A stretch of 64,000 nt of DNA from Callorhinchus milii (Eukaryota). Below, one piece after another: positions 43,110 through 53,180 of the stretch. The notes beneath the pieces are model-generated. The model ran no database searches. It saw nothing but the letters and a program-made list of their open reading frames with translations, and had not been told where the DNA came from. The DNA lies in contig NW_024704742.1 of the NCBI RefSeq assembly GCF_018977255.1, forward strand, positions 4,466,001 through 4,530,000. Direction: 5' to 3'. Position numbers and translations under genes: made by a program. The stretch's first letter is position 1; each line of letters opens with the position of its first letter.

Positions 43110-43439
43110 ATAATAATAATAATAATAATAATAATAATCCTTGCATTTGATATAGCGCTTTTCACGTCGGGAGGACGTCCCAAAGCGCTTCACAGAATAT
43201 ACTGTAAAGTGAATTGACTGTATATTGTGGGCGAACGCGGCAGCCAATTGCGCACAGCAATGTCCCACAAACAGTCGTAGATTGAAAATGACCAATTTAT
43301 TATTTTTTGGGTTTTTTGGAGGGATTATTATTAGGCGTGTGGAGTAAGGAAACTTGCCCAAGGTTTCGCCCTGCCTGGAATTGAACCCAGGTGTCTTGCT
43401 TGCAAAGCAAGTGCTCTAACCACTGAGCTACAGGACTCC
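43110..43439 (-). mobile_element. same SINE, full length
   Basis: tRNA head, body and (ATT)n tail. Confidence 0.9.
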
Positions 43440-44193
43440 ACAAATAGTAGCACAAACTAGTAGTGAAAATGTGTAAAGATTAGAAAATGAGCAATCCATA
43501 TACAGTCTGCTAAACTAAGAAGGAACAAACCAAGAAAAAATAAGAGAAAGAACAATGAACAACAAAAAAAAACAGGCTGATGTTAAGTATCACCAAAGAA
43601 AGCTGTATAATGGTTTCTGCTCCCACCACCCACCCCACTGCACAAAGGTGAGGAAACAAGTATGGAGGTAGAGTTGGAATAATTGGAAAAAATGCTAAGG
43701 TAAAAAGGTACAACTAATAAACATTCCCAAGCAAATAACATTATAGCTAATTGGGACATTTAGCAATAATGTTATTTGCTGGTGTGAAAGGGTTATACAA
43801 ACATAATTTGTTGTTGTTGAATACATTTAAGGACCTTCCGGAAACATTAAAATGGATATTAAAATGAGACTCCTTTGTAGGATCTCCTTCATCTAGTGTG
43901 CAATTTTTTTAGGAGCTACTTTATACCAATAATAAGACTAATTTGAAGCGTTCCAACTAAGGATGGTATTCCTCTTTAAGTAAGATTAATAAAATACTTA
44001 CATTAGGTATAGCGTTTTTCATGGCAAGAGGTGCTTTGAAGGATATACTGTAAAGTGGAGTATTCTGTGGGCAAACATGGCAGCATAGCTCAATGCCCCA
44101 CAAACAGCCATGAAGTGAATGACCAATTTTATTTGAGAAATTGTTGGCCAGGACATCGTGAGAACCAAACTTAAGCATTACGGAGGGTACTCA

Positions 44194-44463
<270 letters not shown>

Positions 44464-44895
44464 TCAATGTTTCATTAACCTTGTTTCAAAAAGATTTATT
44501 TCACTTTATAAAACGTGTCATTTTAATGTCCAAATAATTTTACTAGCCATCGCCTGCTTTGTTGAGGGGAAGAAGGGTTCATAAAGCAGAGGGTCCTTGG
44601 CAGGCCATCTCAACTGGTGTTCAGGCAGAGCGATTGCTCCCACATCTGATATGGCAGCAAATGTGCCGCTGAAGTCCAGGAGGGATTCTTCTTTCCCTTC
44701 CCCTGGGCAGTCAGTTCCAGCAAGGCATAACCTTCCTCCTGTGCATCAGAAAGTCGTGTACCTAACCACCCACAGGCTTGAGGATGGACAGGTGGATCTC
44801 ATTGCACCATCGCTCTCATCCATACATCACCCTAGTGTTCTGGTCACTGCGCCCACTAAAGCCTTCTCCTGCTGCAGGTTGATCTGAGTTACAGC

Positions 44896-45070
44896 CACCT
44901 GGTTGATCCTGCCATTAGCATATGTTTGTTTCAGAGATTAAGCCATACAAAAAGGACATAGGGTTGGTACAGCAAAACTGCAGTTGGCTTGTTAAATCAG
45001 TTATGGTTCCTTTCAGCACTCCCATCTATTTCTTGGATAAATGGTAATTCCAGAGCTAATACATGCCAAT
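44896..45070 (+). pseudogene. degenerate 18S rRNA 5'-end fragment (about the first 175 nt)
   Basis: Colinear 18S blocks: ACCTGGTTGATCCTGCCA 44897-44914, AGATTAAGCCAT, TTAAATCAGTTATGGTTCCTTT 44992-45013, CTTGGATAA, AGAGCTAATACATGCC 45052-45067. Confidence 0.92.
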
Positions 45071-45091
45071 GACCTGTTAGAGGTCATTGCC

Positions 45092-45150
45092 AAGTGTTCC
45101 GGAACTCTTACCCGTGTGAAAGCCGTTATATAAATGCAAGTTGTTATTGT
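45092..45150 (+). mobile_element. L2-type LINE 3' tail
   Basis: ...GTGTGAAAGCCGTTATATAAATGCAAGTTGTTATTGT resembles the tail at 21938-21990 and the end of the L2 at about 20655-20700. Confidence 0.7.
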
Positions 45151-45247
45151 GGTAGAGATCTTTCAAATTAAGAGGGGTGGTACTTAATGGTCAATGAGGA
45201 AAATTATTTCTGCTGGTTGGTGAGTCAGTGACTAGAGAATATGTTTA

Positions 45248-45445
<198 letters not shown>

Positions 45446-46189
45446 TTACAAGTTATTTACTTTTGGTAAAGAAGTAATTTATTCAAGGTAAACTACTTTC
45501 TCCCCTTAGTCTTCACCCTCACTCCACAAAATGTTAGGTTAGTTTTAAATTACAGTAAAAACAAGTCTTATCTTTATCAATTGTATCATCGCCTAAGTTG
45601 TGCATAGTATTTTATGAGCAAATCATCTCCTAATTTGCAACCCCACTCCCCTATCCTCCTTTCCGCACTTTCCGACTGCACCGAATCGCAGGAAATAACT
45701 TTCTGAACCGTTAAGTGTTTTTGTCCTGACTGATACAAAGCAAGTTTTACTGTAGAACTGTACCCATTATGAATGTTTAAAAGCTCCCACCCGTAACAGA
45801 CGGCTTCTATCCGTAACAACACCTAATTGTTGAAATAAGGAGGTCTCACAAAACATATTTGGGAATCAATCTACATATAAAAGCAGACTACACTATAACA
45901 TGTTTCAAGTCTACCAAGCTATGGTATGCTGGAAGTGCAGTACGCTGACTTCCCAATATCCTGTGTATAGCAGGCAGCTCCAGAAGACCTTCCATTCAGC
46001 AGTGCCCCAAGAAACATTGGAAATGCTCACAAGAGTGGATGTCAGTTTTCTGCATGCGGTGTAGCTTGCCTAAAGTGACATTAACTGATGACCTGAAAGC
46101 ACTGACTAGTAGCCATAATTGTAGCGCTCCTCACTATAATAGTCTATAATTTTAATGTTATATATACACACACATATACACACAATATT

Positions 46190-46945
46190 TACAGTTAAAT
46201 TTGCAGATGATACCAATTTGGGAAGAACCCTGGAGTCAGAGCAAGTAGCAACGATATTCACAACAGAGCTTGATAGGGTATGCACTGGGCTGATAACTGG
46301 CAAATTATGTTTAATACAGATAAATGTAAGGTATTACATATAGGAAGTAAGAATAAGAAACACAAGTACTCCATGGAAGGGATAGTACCAGCAAAGGGAG
46401 AAGTTGAACGATCTAGGGGTGTTAGTTGACTTTTTACTCACTACATCAAAACAGTGTGAGGCAACAATGAACAAGGCAAGCAGGATGATTAGTTAAATTA
46501 GTTGCTAGATTAGTTGAGTTTAGATCCCAACACATCATACTCAAGCTACACAGTGCTGTGGCCAGGCTGCAGCAAGAGTACTGCATACAGTTCTGGTCAT
46601 TGGGACATTAGGGAGCTGCAGAGTATCTTTATTATTATTATTGGGGGCTGCAGAGTAGAGCAACAAGGATGAGCCAGTGTTAGAGAAGTGAGCCTGGAGC
46701 AACGATTAGACAAGTTAGGGCTCTTCAGTCTTGAGAGATGTCTCAGGGGGATTATAGAGGCCTATAAAATATTAGATAGGATTGAAAAGTGTAATTAACA
46801 ACTGGAAGAGGTTGCCAGGTAGGGTGGCTAAGGACAGGACACTGGAATCATTTTAAAAACACAGCTTGATGCTGTAGATGGGAGGATGGTAGAGTGAATA
46901 TTCTAGCAAGATGACATCAGAGGACCTTCTTCACCCAAACTAATC
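46190..46945 (+). mobile_element. CR1 LINE 3' fragment (decayed)
   Basis: KFADDTNLG RT motif, FNTDKCKVLHIG and EYCIQFWS-like segments, frameshifted. Confidence 0.85.
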
Positions 46946-47195
46946 AAGTAATAGCTTTACTTCACATCAATCCTTTGCTGAGTGAAAAGCCCTGTTCCCC
47001 ATCCAGCTTCACTAGTTTCACTGTAAAGCCACCTAAACTGTGTTTAATCAATCCTCATGGAAAAGTGAACACGTCAAATAAAAGATCAAGCTTGATTGAA
47101 ATAGTTACCAACACTCGGGCGGCTGATAACATTCACATGAAGAATGACCATTTACACAAGATACCAGGGGCTGCCGGCACCTTTGGAATTAATTA

Positions 47196-47516
<321 letters not shown>

Positions 47517-48449
47517 TCATCTCCACTTAACCCATTTACAAAAAGTTTCCCTTTATAACAATATGGCATAGAGACACAGTATGAGATTGCAAAACTTAAA
47601 CGGCTGTCAACATAAATAGGGACAGAGATAGAAATTGATATGGGGAATATTTTTTTTAAATCTGAGAATGAATATACAGCAATTAATTACCCCATAAAGC
47701 ATCGCACAAGAACGCAGGTTCGCTTTTAAATTAGTTGCAACTCTGTTACCTATATTATCCACCTGTACCAAACCCCACACCTATTCAACCCAGTTTTGTC
47801 AGGCTTCACTGGTTGGTTCCCTGTTGCAGAACAGGTCGATTTCAAGATCTTAACACTAACTGATAAATCAATTCCCTAGCACCTCCCTACCTGCTTACAC
47901 CCCTCTCCCGTACTCGCCCCCTTCACTCAGCTGGCTAAAGCTTTCTACACATCCCAAGGTCTCCTCTGCTCTACCACTGGCGGCTGTGCTTTCAGCCACT
48001 GGGTCTGAAACTCTAGAAACTCTCTGCCCCATTCCCTAACCCACAAAATGAATTATCAATTTTATTTGGAGGATTTTGGGCCAGAAACACTTTTCTTTTC
48101 AAATAGTTTCATGGGACCTTAAACATCCACCTTCACAGATGGAAGGGACCTTGATTTAACATCTCACTTGAAGGAAGGACGGATCTCCAACAATATAGCA
48201 CACCCCCTACACCAGATCAAAATCTTGACGAAATTACAACATTCAGAGGTGAGAGTGCTACCAACGGTGCCAGGGTCTGAGCTGATAGATGGACAACCAA
48301 GCTACATAGCCACAAGCATTGAAACCTCTCCCAAAGTAGCACCATGGTGTACAATTTTGGCAGAAGCCAGAACTGCTTTCACGGGTACTTGCAGGAAAAC
48401 AACGCTTAGTGAATCTCTCTATCAGGTCCAATTCACTTGGCTCCCAGGA

Positions 48450-49208
48450 AGGGACTACTATTTAAATGGTAGGAAAATAATCTGTACCGAAAATGAAAAG
48501 GACCTGGGGATCCTGACTGATAATAAATTGAAGCAATCCAAACAGTGCTCGATATCAGTGAGTAAGGCAAACCAGATGCTGGACTGTATTAAAAGGGCAA
48601 TATTGAGCCAAAATAGTGGGGTAATCCCATCACTTCATAAATCACTGGTGCAACCGTACTTGGAATACTGTGTGCAGTTCTGGTCACTGCAACATAAAAA
48701 GGATATTGCAGCGATTGAGAGGATACAGAGAAGGGCAACCAGAATGATTGAGTGGATGGAGGGACTGGACTATGAGGAGCGATTAGATAAACTGGTCATG
48801 TTCACATGAGAGAAGAGAAGGTTGAGGGATGATATGATTATGGTTTTTAAGATTCTAAAAGGAATAGTTAATGGAGACCATGATAAGCTGTTTTATCTCG
48901 TACTGAACAGTAAAACCCAAGGGCATGGCTGCGATTGAAGGGAGTTAAATTCAGAATAAATCTGAGTAAACACTACTTCAGTGAGCGAGTAATAAACTTA
49001 TGGAACAGACTCCCTAGGGAGAGAGTGGCAGCAGAAAATGCTTGTTTCAAGAACAAATTTGATAGATTTCTGCTAGAAAATAAAATCTCAGGATACAATA
49101 TATAGTTTGGAACACGAGATGTCAAGCGATTGCCAGGATGGTGCAAGGTGAACTAGATGGACATTGGTCTTCTTTCGCCTAGAAAATTCTTATGTTTTTA
49201 TATGTTGC
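48450..49208 (+). mobile_element. CR1 LINE 3' fragment
   Basis: EKDLGIL...KANQMLDCIKR...YLEYCVQFWS...IERIQRRATRMI; in-frame stop; 3' hairpin and TTCTTATG-like tail. Confidence 0.9.
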
Positions 49209-50617
49209 TCTGTAAGAAGTAATGCCCTAGAACTCCTACAATAATGCCCTACAAATAATTTGAATTTGAATACAAGTTTGGATGAGGAGGGAAATATAAA
49301 TAGGATAACTAGGTGAAAGACTTCACGTTTCCTTAAAATAGAAATTTACCTTCACCTGAATCACAAGGTAAAAAGAAACTAAATTAATATCAAAAATGGG
49401 CTGACAATTTGGACATGAATAAATTTGTATATAATATAAAATGTTGTGTAAACAGAAGCGGCAGCCAACCTGTGATAGAACATCCCACACACACAAGCAA
49501 AAGTAAAATATTCGTCAAGATAAACAATAATGAAGGGAAGAGACAAAGTGTAAAAATGTCTCAATTGGCTGGACTCAAAAAATTATTTTCAGTCAATTTT
49601 GAAAGCATTGTTTTGTTTACGTATAATAGTTCTGAATCATTCTGTTTACTTTATTTGTATGCCTAAGTTTTCCTCACACGGTATACAATGATAAGTAATA
49701 AGAAACAATAGGCAAAAAATCATGATGTTAATACATTTACTGGATATGTATACACTATACATATTTAATAGAATTGGTAGATATAAGAACAGTACATCTG
49801 TCTAGAAATGCCACTGCTGCATATTACTCAATATATTCTGCATCACCATAGAATATGCCTAAAACTTTAATCACAGTTGACTTGCAGATGATAAAAGCAC
49901 AAGTTCATAAAATATGCACTGTTTCATGGAGATGCACTGATTTGAAATAGTTTGTATATTTTCACTGGGACCTAAACCTACTAAATAATTGTTGTACTGC
50001 TGTTTGTGAAACACATTTTTTAAATATAATTTACAGCCCCATATTTATGAATTTCAGTTTTACAGCCAATTTGTCCTTAAAATGTTACACAGCTTTAGAA
50101 TTCTATTTTATGATCAGCAATGTTAGGTGAGAGAGTTGCAACTAATTTAAAAGCGAACCTGCATTCTTGTGCGATGCAGGTTAAAAAGTAACTAAAAAAA
50201 AGGGAGTTAAACTTGACAAGGTTTCATGGCTCCACAAGTAGCCGTTTTGGGGTCAGCCGGGTTCCTGACACGTGCAGAAACCTTTCAGCTGTGTTTAAGA
50301 ATATCCAAACCATATAGATACACACATGTGGATAGAGTTCCACATATGTATGCCACTTACACATAGAAATTTCCGTGTCCAGAACGCAATGCACACCCAC
50401 TCCCCGGAAGAACAGATGTTGCTTAGCTAATTCCAGAGAATATTAGGTGCAGGTATGCAAGAGCCAACACTTGGGGACCCCAGAGTATGTGTGTGTCCTG
50501 TAGTGGATACACCTGGAATACAACCAGCTAAAACCACATAACTTGCCACCGAGAGCATTGCTTGTCCAACTGCATCCTTATACATAATAAAGTTATACAT
50601 TATCTCCTACAACCTAC

Positions 50618-50678
50618 CTGCACCGATGGTTTCATGCAGCTCATAATGTTTAAGCAGCTCTTCATTATCAATAGCCAT
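50618..50678 (-). CDS. MELK: MELK exon 2, coding part (MAIDNEELLKHYELHETIGA-G); the exon begins at 50710
   Basis: ATCATGG start context; acceptor tttcag at 50711; donor CAG|GTAGGT; phase 1. Confidence 0.93.
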
Positions 50679-50776
50679 GATGAACAGTTAAAATTCCAAG
50701 CCGTCAGCACCTGAAACACATAAATAGTATTATTGTGACAAGGTTATGATTTGAGGACCTTTACATGAGTGTTATA

Positions 50777-50951
50777 CAGTAAACTCCTGATAATTCAACC
50801 CTGCCTTAAGTTGTTACTAGCACTTAAGTCATCAGGCTGTCAATATCCCAGGCGTATTGATGTATGTACTTATACATGTCTAACTCGTCACACTGGATAA
50901 CCTGTCCCTGGGCTATTTTCCCCTTTGGACTGACGAGTTATCAGTTTACTG
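50777..50951. mobile_element. Tc1/mariner (pogo/Tigger-like) MITE
   Basis: TA|CAGTAAACTCCTGATAATTC ... GAGTTATCAGTTTACTG|TA: imperfect TIRs with TA target duplication. Confidence 0.7.
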
Positions 50952-51314
50952 TACATTTAAAAGGGCCGATGGCGACTTGGCGAGCTTTGTTACTTTGCTT
51001 CCCTGTATAATTATTTTGCAAATCATTTATATAGTAATTGGCATTAAATAAGTGGGGATGTCAACCACAGAATGATCCCAGGGCTTACAGGTTTAAATTA
51101 TGAGGACACGTCGCATAAACTCGGTCTCGATTCCCTTGAGTTCAGAGGGTTGAGAGGTGATCTAATTGAGGTGTTCCAAATGATTTAAGGGATCGATGGG
51201 GTAGATACAGAGAAACCATTTCCTCTGGTGGGGAATCCAGAACATGGGGCATGATCTTAAAATTACAGCTCGGCCATTTAGGAGTGAAATCAGGAGGCAG
51301 TTTTGCACTCTGGT

Positions 51315-51975
51315 CTCCCCCCCCCACCCCTCTCTGTCCCCCACCCCTCTCCGATCGCCCACTTCTCTGTCCACCCCTCGCTCCTCTCTGAAACCCCCCA
51401 CCCCAACCTCCTCTCTGTCTCCCCCCCCCTCCTCCCTGTCTCCCCCCCCCTCCTCCCTGTCTCCCCCCCCTCCCTCTCTCCTCCCTCTCTCCCCCCTCCT
51501 CCCTATCTCTCCTCCCTGTCTCCCACCCCCTCCTCCCTGTCTCCCACCCCTCCCTCTCTCTTCCCCCCCTCCCTCCTACCTCTCTCTCCCCCCTCCTCCC
51601 TCTCTCTCCCCCCCCTCCTCCCTCTCTCCTCCCTCTCTCCCCCCCTCCTCCCTATCTCTCCCCCCCTCCTCCCTCTCTCTCCCCCCCTCCCTGTCTCTCC
51701 CCCCCTCCCCCCTGTCTCTCCCCCCCTCCCCCCTGTCTCTCCCCCCCTCCCTATCTCTCCGCCCCTCCTCCCTGTCTCCCACTCCCTGTCTCCCACCCTC
51801 CCCCTCTCTCTCCCCCCCTGTCTCCCCCCCCTCCCTGTCTCCCTCCCTGTCTCCCCCCCTCCCTGTCTCCCTCCCTGTCTCCCCCCCCCCTCTCTCTCCC
51901 CCCCTCTCTCTCCCCCCCTCCCTGTCTCCCCACTTTTTTTTCCTGCCTCTCCTTTCACTCTCTCCCCTCCTCCTC
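51315..51975 (+). repeat. polypyrimidine (C/T) low-complexity tract at the 5' end of MELK intron 1
   Basis: About 660 bp of CCCTC/CTGTCT-type units, almost purine-free on +. Confidence 0.95.
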
Positions 51976-51985
51976 CGCCGCTCAC

Positions 51986-52070
51986 CTTTCCTTCCCTCTG
52001 TTGCTGTCCGGAGCGGCCGTTACTCCTCGGGTTGTTGCTGCCGCCGTTTTTTTTGAACTGTTCGAACGCT
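51986..52070 (-). other. MELK: probable non-coding exon 1 (5' UTR) of MELK
   Basis: Strong donor AAG|GTGAGC at 51986/51985 inside a CpG-rich island, just downstream of GC boxes, CRE and CCAAT. The TSS is an estimate. Confidence 0.65.
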
Positions 52071-52185
52071 CGAATCCGGCCCCGCCTCCCGCCCCGCCCC
52101 CTGACGTCACTTCCTTTCCCCGCCCCGCTCCAATCAGATCAAAGCGGGTTGGGCCAACGCGGGGAGGGAGGCGGGGCCAGAGAGA
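52040..52185 (-). promoter_or_regulatory. TATA-less CpG-island promoter of MELK
   Basis: Several GGGCGG boxes; CRE TGACGTCA at 52102-52109 overlapping GGAAGT; CCAAT at 52130-52134; CHR-like TTTGAA at 52052-52057 and TTCGAA at 52061-52066. Confidence 0.75.
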
Positions 52186-52189
52186 GACA

Positions 52190-53180
52190 GACGACGACAA
52201 CAACAACGCCTTGGGTGGACGTCCCGAGGCGCTGGACAGGCGGAGTTACTGACCCGAGCTGAGGGTCCGGGGGGAGGGCAGGCGGAGGAGGGGAGGAGTG
52301 GCACGGGCCAAGAGGAGGGTCTTGAAGGTGGCGAGGGTCGGGGGAGGCCGGGCGGAGGGACGGAGGAGACCGGGCGGAGGGACGGAGGAGGCCGGGCGGA
52401 GGGACGGAGGAGACCGGGCGGAGGGACGGGGGAGGCCGGGCGGAGGGACGGGGGAGGCCGGGCGGAGGGACGGAGGAGGCTGGGCGGAGGGACGGAGGGG
52501 ACGGGGGAGGCCGGGCGGAGGGACGGAGGAGGCCGGGCGGAGGGACGGGGGAGGCCGGGCGGAGGGACGGGGGAGGCCGGGCGGAGGGACGGGGGAGGCC
52601 GGGCGGAGGGACTGAGGAGGCCGGGCGGAGGGACTGAGGAGGCCGGGCGGAGGGACGGAGGAGGCCGGGCGGAGGGACGGAGGAGGCCGGGCGGAGGGAC
52701 GGGGGAGGCCGGGCGGAGGGACGGGGGAGGCCGGGCGGAGGGACGGGGGAGGCCGGGCGGAGGGACGGGGGAGGCCGGGCGGAGGGACTGAGGAGGCCGG
52801 GCGGAGGGACGGAGGAGGCCGGGCGGAGGGACGGAGGGGACGGGGGAGGCCGGGCGGAGGAGGCTGGGCGGAGGGACAGAGGAGACCGGGCGGAGGGACG
52901 GAGCAGGCCGGGCGGAGGGACGGAGCAGGCCGGGCGGAGGGATGGGGTTCCAGAGGGTGGGAGCGGAGTGGCGGAAAAGGCCCGCCCCGGAGCCCCGCCC
53001 AACGGGGTTGGTAGGGGTTTTTAGTGGGGGGGGGGGGTAGTCGAGGGCGTGGAGGGATTTGAAGGCGAGGACCAGGATCTTGAACTGTATCCTGTGTGTG
53101 AGGGGGAGCCAGTGAGTGGAGTCGGGTGGGGATGGGGGTGGAGGCGATGGGGTGGCGGAGCCTGGTGCGGGAGAGGACAC
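52190..53180 (-). mobile_element. L2 LINE 3' end interrupted by the minisatellite
   Basis: HWLPLTHRIQFKILVLAFKSLH and APTLWNPIP match the L2 ORF2 C-terminus; tail CGCCTCGGGACGTCC...GGCG-TTGTTGTTG. Confidence 0.8.
52337..52940 (+). repeat. 22-bp GC-rich minisatellite (GGGACGGAGGAGGCCGGGCGGA)n, roughly 27 units
   Basis: Tandem units are directly visible; translations show a 22-aa period. Confidence 0.95.

Noticed and set aside
44896..45070. Functional 18S rRNA gene
   Set aside because: Only about 175 nt, heavily mutated and intronic; reported as a pseudogene fragment.
48168..48809. 213-aa ORF
   Set aside because: Chance read-through from SINE and unique sequence into a dead CR1 ORF2 fragment.
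52337..52940. Regular array resembling a CRISPR locus
   Set aside because: Head-to-tail tandem units with no unique spacers, in a eukaryotic context with no cas genes.
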